Assembly: GCF_004010195.1 (NCBI RefSeq)
Contig: NC_057749.1
Span: 18,656,487 to 18,720,486 of the forward strand
Reading direction: 5' to 3'
DNA length: 64,000 nucleotides
Source of the DNA: Chiloscyllium plagiosum
Taxonomy: Eukaryota
Positions 39,490 through 51,000 of this stretch are shown here, one piece after another. Below the pieces are notes generated by a model. That model ran no database searches. It saw nothing but the letters and a program-made list of their open reading frames with translations, and had not been told where the DNA came from. The number at the start of each line of letters is the position of its first letter. The first letter of the stretch is position 1. A program made the translations under genes and the position numbers.

Positions 39490-39507
39490 ATCCTGCCGAC
39501 TACGCCA
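39490..39507 (-). other. Primer-binding site complementary to tRNA-Ser (AGA/TGA) 3' end
   Basis: Minus strand TGGCGTAGTCGGCAGGAT; plus strand ATCCTGCCGACTACGCCA equals the last 18 nt of vertebrate tRNA-Ser including CCA. Confidence 0.9.
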
Positions 39508-39509
39508 AA

Positions 39510-39953
39510 TGTTTTAAAAAATTCTCAAGGTCAGGTTCGTAGGAGAGTAGTCTGACACAGAACAAACGACCAAGAGGCGAGACTGCTAGAATATGGGCAT
39601 TTTATTCCCCGCAGTGTCGCACAACAGGTCTGGTTTATGCTCACTCTACATGTTACAAAAACTGGGAGCCGTCAGTTCTTGTAGAGCGGTTGCCAACAAC
39701 CCACGCTCGGCGGTTAAACGTAACCCCGGAGCAGACTCACCGAACTGGAGACTTTTCCAGCTTTTTATTCTTTTCCAGATATCATGTGAACAGCAGAGCA
39801 AGGCTAAAAAACACATTCCATTCTGGTTACATACAGATAAGAAGATTCACACGGGACTAAGCAACACCTCCATTCCGGTTAGATTCACACATGTATTGGG
39901 ACATAATTTTTAACCGTTTCACCACATTCCACTGCTTGGAATTTTACACCACA
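39510..39953 (-). mobile_element. 5' LTR of an LTR retroelement (ERV- or Gypsy-like), 444 bp
   Basis: Minus strand begins TGTGGTGTAAAA and ends TTTTAAAACA; AATAAA at 39601-39606; followed after 2 nt by a tRNA-Ser PBS. Confidence 0.85.
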
Positions 39954-41039
39954 GACGTGCAAGATTATTAAAGAATTGGACACTCTGGAAGCAGGAAGCA
40001 TGTTTCCGCTGAAGGGTGAGTCCTGAACCGGAGGACACAGCTTAAAAATAAGGGGTAGGCCATTTAGGACAGAGATGAGGAGAAACTTCTTCACCCAGAG
40101 AGTGGTGGCTGTGTGGAATGCTCTGCCCCAGAAGGCAGTGGAGGCCCAGTCTCTGGATTCGTTTAAGAAAGAGTTGGACAGAGCTCTCAAGGATAGTGGA
40201 ATCAAAGGTTATGGAGATAAGGCAGGAACAGGATACTGATTGAGGATGATCAGCCATGATCATAATGAATGGTGGTGCAGGCTCGAGGGGCAGAATGGCC
40301 TACTCCTGCACCTATTGTCTATTGCAGGTGCAATGATAATGGAGTGACCATACTCGCGCGGAGTATCAAAATGGATTAATCACAATCAATTAGTTAACTA
40401 CAGACCGATACAGACCCAAGGAATCTCCAGTTATGGAGAGTTTTAAAACAAGAGTTTCACTGAATCGTGCTACACTTACAACATCACATTGATTCATGTA
40501 CAGTATCCCTTAAATGTTATTTTCTGAAAGTCATCCATCTAAATTGCTTCGACTAAATCAATACCAACTGAGTCCACCATGTCACAACGGAACCTGTTCT
40601 ACAGACAAACCACAGTCACTCAAATAATGATTGTACAAATTAGTTTTGAATTTATCCTCCTTCAAATACAGTTTTTGTCCTTTAGCTCTACTGTTGTGAT
40701 TAAGAGAAAATAGCTTCTATTTGCTTTGGAACCCAAAAACAGCAATCATATCTCTTATCATTGATGTGCCATACATTGCACTCTCATCAGCTTCTATTCT
40801 GATCTATCCAGAGGTAGTCATAAAACCATTCATGTCCTCATTATCTTTGGAGTTCTCTAAAGACGTATAATAGACCTCCTGGTTTTGCTGATCTGCCTTC
40901 TGCCCTTCCGCACTGCCTTCTGCCCTTCCGCAACATCATGAGAAAAGATCTATTTCATAAGTAATCCCAGCAACCTCACCACCAACACACACACTATGCC
41001 CCCCTGAAAAAAAACAGACACACACAAACTGGCTCTTAA

Positions 41040-41960
41040 CTCTCAGACTGCTTGCCTAACATTCAGCTCCAGGTGAACAAAAATGCCCCCCAACAAAGAT
41101 GAGGCGGCTAAAGCCACTGGCATGAATCCCCACCAAAACTCCATTTTCCAATCATTGATTCCATCCCTCTTCCCAGGAACTGTCTGAGGCAGAACCAGAC
41201 TCTTTCCATCCCTGGTGTTTGACCATACATTCCATCCACCATCACCTGCTTCCACTTCCTTACTGTCATCAATCTGCACACAGCTGATGCAGAAACCATC
41301 ATCCATGTCTCTCTCATTACATTGATTCCAAACCTGTTGAACTATCTTGAGGTACCCAGAGGTCAAGAAGGACCTGATACGTACCAGCAGACACCCCATG
41401 GTCCCCCAGTGCCTAATCACAAAAGAGGATCAGGTGGTCAGACATTACAATCCCCTCCATGGCCTGTTGACTGGGCCTTTTCATGGCAGTCTTTCTGCAT
41501 ATACAGTATTATTAATCAACTTGTTTAGACAGAAGCAGGAACACTATCACTCCGCCACAAGAATTCCCTTTTTTGAATTTGAACTCCATCAGATGCCTTT
41601 GTGGGATTTGAATCTGTGTTTTTAACTTAAGAGGTCAGGCAACAATTCAGATTTAAAATTCACATCCTTCCAATGCCTTGCCCTCTCCTAGTACTGTAAC
41701 GTCTTACAGTCCTACAATTGTCAGAGATATCTGTGCTCTAATAATTCTGGCTTCTTGAACATCTCTGGTTTCAAATCAGTCCACCACAGATTGTAACGCT
41801 ACCAACTGCCAAGGGACGAGACCCCAGAATCCCTCCCCTAAGACCTCTTGCCTACTTTCAGAAGTACGTTAAAAACTTCTTCCTTTGATCAAGTTTGAGT
41901 CATCTGTTTTCCAAAATTTCAAATTTTTGTTTGGTAACCCCCCCATGAAGCACCTTATTG
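41040..41960 (+). mobile_element. Decayed L2-like LINE 3' region
   Basis: L2-type C-terminal remnants (DAETIIH; FKI...LALS.YCNVLQSY); heavily degenerate. Confidence 0.45.
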
Positions 41961-42822
41961 CATTATGCAAGTAAATGTTACTATCTCTGGAGCAAAGAGC
42001 AAATAAATTTATATCTGGCACCATCTGACAGGATCAGCCCATGAGGCTGAATGGCCTCCTCCAATCCATGCATCTGCGCCCAACATTAACGACTAGGTCT
42101 AAATGAGAAGAAAGGGTATATTGGAATAGAAGTAGAGAGGGTAGTTAATATAAACAATTCTCTGCCACAAATCTTATTGTAGCAAAGACAATATTATTTC
42201 CAGAAGAAGGTTACATACATGTATATCCATAGTGGTCAACGATGACAGACTGAACCATCTCCAATTATCTGGGTTGACAGTTCTCACATAACTAAAGTTT
42301 GATTTCCACAAAATTCTTTTGCCCGACACAGGATAATAGATGCCAGACTGATCAGAGGGGAGCTTTCCTCAATTGTCTTTCGCTAAATTATTTCAACTCA
42401 CTGCAAACTTTGGTGAATCATTTCTTTCCAAATTACCACATCTACAGGACATTTGTCTTGGGGAGGGCAAGCAACCAGAGGTCATGGTCCATGTCAGTAC
42501 CAGAGACTTAGGTAGAATGGGTGAACGAGACTTCAAGGAGTGAGCAAGGACACTGAAAAGCAAGACTTTCACTGCAGTCATCTCAGAGTTACTAGCAATC
42601 CCTTGGACTCATGAGCACAGAGACAGAAGAACTGATGGATTGAACACATGGCGTGAAAACTGGTATATGATGGACAGCAAATTTCTGTGACATTCGGACT
42701 AGCTCTGGGGTAGGTGAGACTCGTACAAGATAGGTTGCATATTGACATGACTGAGACGAACATCCTCAGAAGGCGATATGCTAGTGCTGTTGTGGAGAGT
42801 TTAACCTAGGTTAAGAGGGAGT

Positions 42823-43497
42823 GGATGTAGGTTTGCTCGTTGAGCTGAAAGGTTCATTTCCAGATGTTTCCTCACCCTACTAGGTAACATCCTCAGTGGG
42901 CCTCAGGTGAAGCATTGCTGATAATTCCTGCTTTCTATTTATATGTTTGGATTTTTTTGGATTGGTGATGTAATTTCCTGTGCTGAAGTCACTTTCTGTT
43001 CCTTTTCTCAGGGGATGGTAGATGGGATCTTTAAAGTTCATTAGCTGCTGTTTTAGTGTGTTGGTGGGTTTGTGGGCTACCACGATGCAGACAAAACACG
43101 TCCAGAAACCCTAGCCACTCTCCCCTACATCAAAGACATCTCAGAAATGACTGCCAGACTACTCAGACCTCTTGGCATCATGGTAGCCCACAAACCCACC
43201 AACACACTAAAACAGCAGCTAATGAACTTGAAAGACCCTATACAGACAACAAGCAAAACTAATGTCATTTACAAAATACCATGCAAGGACTGTAACAAAT
43301 ACTACATTGGACAAACAGGCAGAAAACTAGCCATCAGGATTCATGAACACCAATTAGCCACAAAAAGACATGACTCTCTCTCGACTGGGACAACACATCC
43401 ATCCGAGGACAAGCCAAACAAAGACATGCATAAAAATTCCTAGAAGCATGGCATTCCAACTGGAACTCTATCAACAAACGCATTGAGTTAGACCCCA
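42823..43497. mobile_element. Penelope-like element: inverted pLTR (-) plus GIY-YIG endonuclease fragment (+)
   Basis: ORF 43072-43443: LPYIKDISEMTARLLRPLGIMVAHKP...NVIYKIPCKDCNKYYIGQTGRKLAIRIHEH (GIY-YIG); minus-strand hammerhead remnant CTGAGGA-T-GTTACC...GGTGAG-GAAACATC at 42863-42896; same family as 9984-10548. Confidence 0.9.
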
Positions 43498-45694
43498 GCA
43501 CCTTACCATTAAGTGTATAAGTCCTGGTCAGATTTGCTTTTCCAAAATGCAGCACCTCACATTTATCTAAATTAAACTCCATCTGCCACTCCTCAGCCCA
43601 CTGGCTATCTGATCAAGATCCTGTTGTAATCTGAGGTAACTCTCTTCGCTGTCCACTACACCTCCAATTTTGGTGTCATCTGCTAACTTACTAACTATAC
43701 CTCTTATGCTCGCATCCAAATCATTTATATAAATGACAAAAAGAAGTGGACCCAGCACTGATCCTTGTGGCACTCCACTGGTCACAGGCCTCCAGTCTGA
43801 AAAACAACCCTCCACCACCACCCTCTGTCTTCTACCTTTGAGCCAGTTCTCTATCCAAATGGCCAGTTGTCCCTGTATTCCATGAGATCTAACCTTGCTA
43901 ACCAGGTTCTCATTGGGAACCTTGTTGAACGCCTTACTGAAGTCCACATAGATCACATCTACTGCTCTGCCCTCATCAATCCTCTTTGTTACTTCTTCAA
44001 AAAAGTCAATCAAGTTTGTGAGATATGATTTCCCATGCACAAAGCCATGTTGACTATCCCTAATCAGTCCTTGCCTTTCCAAATACATGTACATCCTGCC
44101 CCTCAGGATTCCCTTCAACAACCTGCCCATCACCAACATCAGGCTCACCGGTCTACAGTTCCCTGGTTTGTCCTTACCACCTTTCTTAAACAGTGGCACC
44201 ACGTTAGCCAACCTCCAGTCTTCCGGCACCTCACCTGTGACTATCGATGATACAAATACCTCAGCAAGTGGCCCAGCAATCACTTCTCTAGCTTTCCACA
44301 GAGTTCTCGGGTACACCTGATCAGGTCCTGGGGATTTATTCACCTTTACCCGTTTCAAGACATTCAGCATTTCCTCCTCTGTAATCTGGACATTTTGCAA
44401 GATGTCACCATCTATTTCCCTACAGTCTATATCTTCCATATCCTTTTCCATCGTAAATACGGATGCAAAATATTCATTTAGTATCTCCCCCAAAAGGCTA
44501 GTTACCCTTTTGTCCTTAATATATTTGTAAAAACCATTTGGATTCTCCTTAATTCTATTTGCCAAAGCTCTCTCATGTCCTCGTTTTTCCCTTCTGATTT
44601 CCCTCAAGTATACTCCTACTTCCTTTATACTCTTCTAAGGATTCATTCGATCTATCCTGTCTATACCTGACATATGCTTCCTCCTTTTTCTTAACCAAAC
44701 CCTCAATTTCTTTAGTCATCCAGCATTCCCTATACCTACCAGCCTTTCCTTTCACCCAAACAGGAAAATACTTTCTCTGGATTCTTGTTATCTCATTTCT
44801 GAAGACTTCCCATTTTCCAGCCGTCCCTTTACCTGCGAACATCTGCCTCCAATCAGCTTTCGAGAGTTCTTGCCTAATACCGTCAAAATTGGCCTTTCTC
44901 CAATTTAGAACTTCAACTTTTAGATTTGGTCTGTCCTTTTCCATCANNNNNNNNNNNNNNNNNNNNNNNNNNNNNNNNNNNNNNNNNNNNNNNNNNNNNN
45001 NNNNNNNNNNNNNNNNNNNNNNNNNNNNNNNNNNNNNNNNNNNNNNNNNNNNNNNNNNNNNNNNNNNNNNNNNNNNNNNNNNNNNNNNNNNNNNNNNNNN
45101 NNNNNNNNNNNNNNNNNNNNNNNNNNNNNNNNNNNNNNNNNNNNNNNNNNNNNNNNNNNNNNNNNNNNNNNNNNNNNNNNNNNNNNNNNNNNNNNNNNNN
45201 NNNNNNNNNNNNNNNNNNNNNNNNNNNNNNNNNNNNNNNNNNNNNNNNNNNNNNNNNNNNNNNNNNNNNNNNNNNNNNNNNNNNNNNNNNNNNNNNNNNN
45301 NNNNNNNNNNNNNNNNNNNNNNNNNNNNNNNNNNNNNNNNNNNNNNNNNNNNNNNNNNNNNNNNNNNNNNNNNNNNNNNNNNNNNNNNNNNNNNNNNNNN
45401 NNNNNNNNNNNNNNNNNNNNNNNNNNNNNNNNNNNNNCCCCACCTTACTAGTTTAAATCCTCCCAAGCAGTTCTAGCAAATTTCCTTGCCAGTATATTAG
45501 TCCCCTTCCAATTTAGGTGCAATCTGTCCTTCTTGTACAGGTCACTTCGACCCCAAAAGAGATTCCAATGATCCAAAAACATGAATCCTTCTCCCATACA
45601 CCAGCTCCTCAGCCATGCATTCATCTGCTCTATCCTCCTATTCCTGCCCTCACTAACTCATAGCTCTGGGAGTAATCCAGATATTTCTACCCTT
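43498..45694 (-). mobile_element. Relatively young CR1 LINE (ORF1 end, EN, RT), spans assembly gap, 3' end missing
   Basis: 346-aa open RT segment 43567-44607 (KSPGPD, YVDFSKAFNKV, GVPQGSVLGPLLF, LADD); ORF1 esterase-like sequence at 45440-45694. Confidence 0.93.
44947..45437. other. Assembly gap (N run)
   Basis: 491 N. Confidence 1.
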
Positions 45695-45769
45695 GTTAGC
45701 AGTCAGGCAATGGCTAATATTTAAAGAAACACTATAAGGTTTATAACAGATATACTTTCTTCTAAAGGT

Positions 45770-46494
45770 GTAAACACCCGAAGAGCAAGGTGAATCAATT
45801 GTGGCTAATGAAAGAAATTAAACAGTATACTCGATCAAAGGAAGTGACTTACAATAATACCAGACATAGTGGTAAACCTGAGGTTTGGGAGCAATTTATA
45901 CCTAGCAAAGGAGGGCCAAGGAACTGATAAGTGAAAGGAGAATATTAACAGAAGTTAGCAAGGAGAATAAAAATTGGTAAAGCTTGTAACAATATGTGAA
46001 AGGAAAAAATTTAGCAAAAATAAATGTGAGACGTTAACAACTGGAGACAGGAGAATTTAAAGTGGAAAAATTAAAAGTTACTTTACATCTATATTTTAAA
46101 AAAAAGAGAATCATCTCAAAATATCAGGCAACCAAAGGACTTGAGCAACAAAAAAGTTTAAGAAAAATTCATCAAGAGTTAGCAGATGAAAAATTAGCTG
46201 GACTGAGAGATGGCAAATCTCTTGGACAAGACAAGCTCCTTCCCGGAGTATTGGAAGTAGCAACAGAATAGTGTAGATGCATTGTAATTATCTTTCGTAA
46301 CTCTAAAGATTTGCAAAAGGTTCCTGTGACAGAATGGTAGGAAATGTAACCCCACTGTTTTAGAAGGGAGGCAGTGGGAGAGTAGATAACTGCAGACCTG
46401 TTAGCCTGACATTCATAATGGGGAGAATTTTAGAGTCTATTAGAAAGGATTTTATTCATGAATATTTAGAGAATGGTAAAACGGGGCGGAGGCA

Positions 46495-46528
<34 letters not shown>

Positions 46529-46745
46529 TATGGATGAATATCTTCATTCCAAGGTACTCAATTCTCTATCCCAGAGGGTTGTGGAAGTGTATTCATTGAG
46601 CAAGTTCAGGTCTTAAGTTATCAGGTTTCTGGAAATTAGTGACATTAAGGGGTACAGGGGTAGTGTTGGAAAGTGGCATTGAGAAAGTGACTGGCCTTGA
46701 TCTCAAATGGCAAGGCAGGCTCAATAGCCTCCTCCTGTTCCTCTG
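45770..46745 (+). mobile_element. Old CR1 fragments with (GA)n at ~46495-46528
   Basis: Decayed NVTPLF.K, NCRPVSLTFIMGRILESIRKD and tail. Confidence 0.55.
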
Positions 46746-47011
46746 CAGACCTACTTGTCAAATGTCACTTTTTTTTAAAAAATATCAGCCTCTAAGACCA
46801 TTATAAAGGTGAACCCCAAACTTTAGCTGCTGAATACATTCTCGGTTAGTGAAGTATTCTAGTACTTCATCTAAGCTTCACTCCATCTGGACTTCAAATG
46901 CCTCTATGACTAATATATTTTGCATAACCTCAATGATTGGAATTTCTGTCTAACTTTCAAGATTTGAGGCCATGGGGGGGGGGGGGGTGGATTAGTTGTC
47001 TCAAGTGGGTA

Positions 47012-47346
47012 GTCATGATGGCAGAAGTGGGTAAAACAGATGCTGGAGATTACAGTCAAGATTATAGTGGTGCTGGAAAAGCACAGCAGGTCAGGCAGTA
47101 TCCTAGGAGCAGGAGAATCGACATTTCAGGCAAAAGTCCTCCACCTGGGTACTCATCATGGTGATGGTACTGGACTGGGTTAGACAAAATCATACGACAC
47201 CAGGTTATAGTCCAATGGGTTTGTTTGAAAACACTAGCTTTCAGAGCACTGCCGCTTCTACCACCTGATAAAGGAGCAGTGTTCCAAAAGCTTGTGTTTT
47301 CAAATAAATCCATTGGACTGTAACCTGGTGTTGTTCAATTTTTGAC
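47012..47346. mobile_element. Family-A element (47022-47145) inserted at the end of a family-B palindromic element
   Basis: Outer TSD CAAGTGGGTA (47002-47011, 47347-47356); inner TSD TGGGTA(G/C)TCAT(G/C)ATGG (47006-47021, 47146-47161). Confidence 0.75.
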
Positions 47347-47740
47347 CAAGTGGGTATTGTCATAGGGTCATACACCACTGAAACAGACCCATCAGTCCAA
47401 TTCATCCACACTGATGAGGCACCCCAATCTGGTTAAAATCAACTAGGTAAAAGTGGGGACTGCAGATGCTGGAAACCTGAGTTTAGATCAGAGTGGTGCT
47501 GGAAAAGCACAGCAAGTCAGGCAGCATCCGAGGAGCAGGAAAATCGACTTGCTGTGCTTTTCCAGCACCACTCTGATCCAGACACCCAAATCTGACCTAG
47601 TCCCATTTGCCATCATTTCACCCATATCCTTCTTAACCTTTCTATTCATATACCCATCCAGAGGCTTACAAAACCTTAACTTAATTCCTCTTGAACACCA
47701 GAAACTCCTAAACCAGAAGAGATAGAAAATGGGGATGGGG

Positions 47741-47829
47741 NNNNNNNNNNNNNNNNNNNNNNNNNNNNNNNNNNNNNNNNNNNNNNNNNNNNNNNNNNNN
47801 NNNNNNNNNNNNNNNNNNNNNNNNNNNNN
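47741..47829. other. Assembly gap (N run)
   Basis: 89 N, flanked by G-tracts. Confidence 1.
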
Positions 47830-47970
47830 TCTGTGGGGGGTGGTGGGAGGGGTGTGGGGGTGGGGGGAGGGGTGGGGTTTGGGGGGGGTGGTGTGTGGTG
47901 TGTGAGGGTGGAGGGGGACGTATGAGGGGGAGGGGGAGGGGGGGGAGGGGGAGGGGGGGGGGGAGAGGGA
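47830..47970 (+). repeat. G-rich low-complexity tract (G-quadruplex potential) at the start of TRIP4 intron 1
   Basis: Many G3-G9 runs with 1-7 nt loops. Confidence 0.8.
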
Positions 47971-48044
47971 GAAGGACATGGAACCCCAGGGCCTTGCTTA
48001 GCTCTTGCTGTCTGTAGAGATGGCGGCCGCCAGCCCTCACTTAC

Positions 48045-48175
48045 TGAATCAACTCCTCATTCACTTCCAGGCTGAACTTCCGAACTAGCTCCTGCTGGCA
48101 CCAGCGCAAAAGAGACTCCGCATCACCGCTCATCTTCCCTCCGCCACTACCACCTTCATTCCGCGCAGCAGCCAT
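48045..48175 (-). CDS. TRIP4: TRIP4 (ASC-1) coding exon 1
   Basis: Reverse strand reads MAAARNEGGSGGGK-MSGDAESLLRWCQQELVRKFSLEVNEELI(Q), matching the vertebrate TRIP4 N-terminus (human LVHWCTQQLRKTFGLDVSEEIIQ). Two in-frame ATGs (48175, 48133); donor CA|GTAAGT after 48045, phase 2. Start codon choice uncertain. Confidence 0.9.
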
Positions 48176-48290
48176 TGCACCGACCCGGAAGTATATCAAC
48201 CGCGGACACAACACACGTAAACGGTGCAGCTCCTGTCTGTACCCAGGACAAACTGCTCCCCCGGCTCCGCACTAACGTTCCGATCACAAA
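48176..48290 (-). promoter_or_regulatory. TRIP4: Putative TRIP4 promoter (small CpG-rich region with ETS/GABP-type CCGGAAGT at 48185-48192)
   Basis: Local CpG enrichment immediately 5' of exon 1; exact CCGGAAGT motif; YY1-like GATGGCGGC at ~48018-48027 just inside intron 1. Confidence 0.65.
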
Positions 48291-49533
48291 GACATCCAAG
48301 TGTTGTCTGAGTGAGACCTTCCTTCACTCAAATCAAGAACCTTTATCTTCTAGAGAATGCCAAGGTAAGTTAAGAACACGATACATTATACTAAATAACT
48401 CGGTTTATTCTAACGACAGTGACTATATTAGAAAGGGGTTTGATAATGTGTTATTTCAAAAACGGCATGCTCCTTCCAGACATCATTTTTTGCTTTGGTT
48501 GTGACAGACAATCATTCATAATGTGACATCTTTTGTTTTAAATTTTAGAATATCCAAGACATCTTTCCCTCTGCTCTTCTTCAACATAGTGCGATGTGGG
48601 ATCTATTACATTCACCAGAAGGGCTTTTGTCCGAAATGTCGATTTTCCTGCTCCTGGAATGCTGCCTGACCTGCTGTGCTTTTCCAGCATCACCCTAATC
48701 TTCAGCATCCACAGTACCCACCTCCGCCCATTCATCAGAACAGGTAGGCCATACCTCAGTCTCACATCTTATCTGAAAAATAGCACCTCCACCATCATGC
48801 AATGCTCCCTCAGTACTGTATTAGAATACCAACCAAGGATTTTCTCATCTCAAACCCTGGAGGAAACCTCGAAATCCAGGACTTTGTGATTCAGTTGCTA
48901 CCAACTGAGCCACAGCTACGTCATTGGGCTGTGTTTCACAAACTGGCAGCATGAAGATTACAAGATAGACCCACACTTACCAAGATTGATGGTAGGCATC
49001 AGGTGAGTTCAACCTTGTTCAGAGGGAATTTTTATTTTAAAAAAGTTCTACTGTGACAACAAAGGATACAAAGATACCAGATCACTCACATATTGATTAT
49101 TCGATTGATTCAGATGGAGGGATCAGTGATTAATAACCTATTTGAAAAAGAGCTATCAAATCCAAAAAGTTTGTGAATATTTTCTCAGTTACTACTCCAT
49201 GGATAAGGAGTATTTCACCTGTGTTGTCACTCCAAATTGCAAGCCTAAAATGTGTGTTATTCTTCTAGCTGCTTTGGCTTAGTGGTAACAGTACTTTAGA
49301 AGTCTGAAACTTCAGGTTCCAAATTGGAGATTTGGTTAGAAAATCTCATTTGGCATTCACAATATAATACTAAGGAAGTACTTTCAGGCAATATGTTTAG
49401 TTCAGGCAGAAATCCAGGTAGGATTATGATGTCCTTCAAGATGAAATTTGCATACTGCCATTTATGACCTGATCTCAGACACAAAGGACAGTCACATGGG
49501 AGAAATATAGACAAGGGAAGCATGGATAGTTTC

Positions 49534-49750
49534 AATCAACCTGTTCAGATGCATGATGGTACACCTCTGATGCAAGTGGGACTTGAATCTCAACGTCTTG
49601 GCCAGGGGTATGGACACTATCATTGCACCGGAAGAGAGTGCTCCTGAGTCTACTTTTTATAAAAATTAATCTATTTTTCTAATCAACCTGTTCAAACATA
49701 TTATTACACACCTCTAGTGCAAGTGGAACTTGAACCCAGATCTTGTGGCT
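49534..49750 (-). repeat. Two tandem tRNA-derived units (~147-bp period)
   Basis: AATCAACCTGTTCA...ACACCTCT..TGCAAGTGG.ACTTGAA at 49534 and 49681; minus strand shows B-box-like G(G/A)TTCAAGT(C/T)CC. Confidence 0.55.
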
Positions 49751-50797
49751 TTTGGCAGCATGTTCAAAAGCAAAAATGAAGACTTTGAAAATGAGGCCAG
49801 GTGTGTCCAGTTTGGGTTTTAAGCTTGCCCAAGACACGGAGAACTGCAGAGTGTTAAATGTTGCAGGGTCATATTATTGTTGGAAAAAGTGATTTAGAGG
49901 AAGACTTGTTCAGACTCACTGATTTTGGACCATGTTATATTTCATAGACACATGAATGTTGCTGAGAGGATTCAAATCAATGACATCTAAACTCTTAATT
50001 ACCAATACATGATTAAACAGGAACAGCAAACAATGATGTACAATATAACAATGGCCTTTTGTACTGCACCTTATCGTTTAGGTTGTGATTGAATCATGTT
50101 TCCATATATGCATTGCATTTTGTGTATCTCTGGAGAGAGTTAATTTTGCTGGAGGTGTTGGCGTGTGGGTTGCCTTTTATGCACTGTTTTTCGGCTAATC
50201 GCTGTGTGTTTTTATTTGATGTGGTTTATTTTGTTGGTTCTGTGTACTGCTTTTCCAGTTGGTTATGGAGGGGACTTTGCTTTTGAGACCGTTTTTGTTG
50301 TAGCTTTATTTTTCTTGTTAACTGTTAGTGTCATGCATATGGCCACTCAGGTAGGTGCCCAACTGGGGGTTGGGACCAAGGCTGTAGGACCTCTTACCTT
50401 GCAAGAGTTCCTGCTAGCCACCCCCACACACTGAGGCTCAAGAGACTGGGTGGAACAGGCATACCCATAGCTGATACAGAATCTCCTGTTATTAGAAAAC
50501 ATTATAACAAGTGCCCAAGTGGTTCTTGAGCCAACTGGCCACAGTCAGTGGATTTGGGAGGCACTGGCTCTTGAGGTGACTGGCCACAGCCAGTGTGCCT
50601 TAGGCTCCTGACTCTTGGGGAAAAAAACAAAAGTGTAACAACTGCCTACACAGATGTTTTGTTGGCCTAGTCATCTATCAGTCAAATTGGACCATAAGCT
50701 AATTGGATAAGTAAATTACTTCATGCATAAAATTATATCCAACAGATAACAAAATTAACATTGGAGTGCGGAGATGGAACATGGTTTAAAGGCAAAA

Positions 50798-51000
50798 TAA
50801 AGTTGTCATAGTCCCAGAAGACCACAGGGCTGCTCTGTCATTGGACAGAGAAATGACTGGTGGTGGTTTAACCTAAGGGTCACCACATCTCTGACAAGAT
50901 GAGAGGTTGAAGGGAGTTTTTCATGGTAACCTCAGCCAATGTGGGAATTGAACCCATTCTATTGCTGTCACTCTGCATGACAAACCAGCTATCCAGCCGA
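50798..51000 (-). mobile_element. tRNA-derived SINE of a second family (copy at ~56350-56535 +)
   Basis: Minus strand GGCTGGATAGCTGGTTTG...GGGTTCAATTCCC B box, tail CTGGGACTATGACAACTTT; both copies align by eye. Confidence 0.6.

Larger units (their letters stand above)
38260..40325 (+). mobile_element. CR1 LINE ORF2 interrupted by an LTR element, with internal deletion
   Basis: KSPGAGGLHPRVLKE, NYRPVSLTSVVGKMLESIIKD, IVYLDFQKAFDKVPH up to WQAVTSG (39428); resumes at ~39958 in the ORF2 C-terminus; tail ends CCTATTGTCTATTG. Confidence 0.9.

Noticed and set aside
39490..39507. tRNA-Ser gene
   Set aside because: Only the 3' 18 nt including CCA are present, next to an LTR end, so it is a PBS and not a tRNA gene.
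40893..40932. 20-bp direct duplication CTGCCTTCTGCCCTTCCGCA
   Set aside because: Simple slippage duplication with no associated structure.
43567..44607. 346-aa reverse transcriptase ORF as a domesticated gene or active element
   Set aside because: Ordinary CR1 ORF2 with an internal deletion, frameshifts on both sides, a LADD instead of FADD motif, and no 3' end.
44573..45476. ORFs of 176-297 aa containing X runs (also 47488-48040)
   Set aside because: Artefacts of N gaps; the real parts are CR1 ORF2 or low-complexity sequence.
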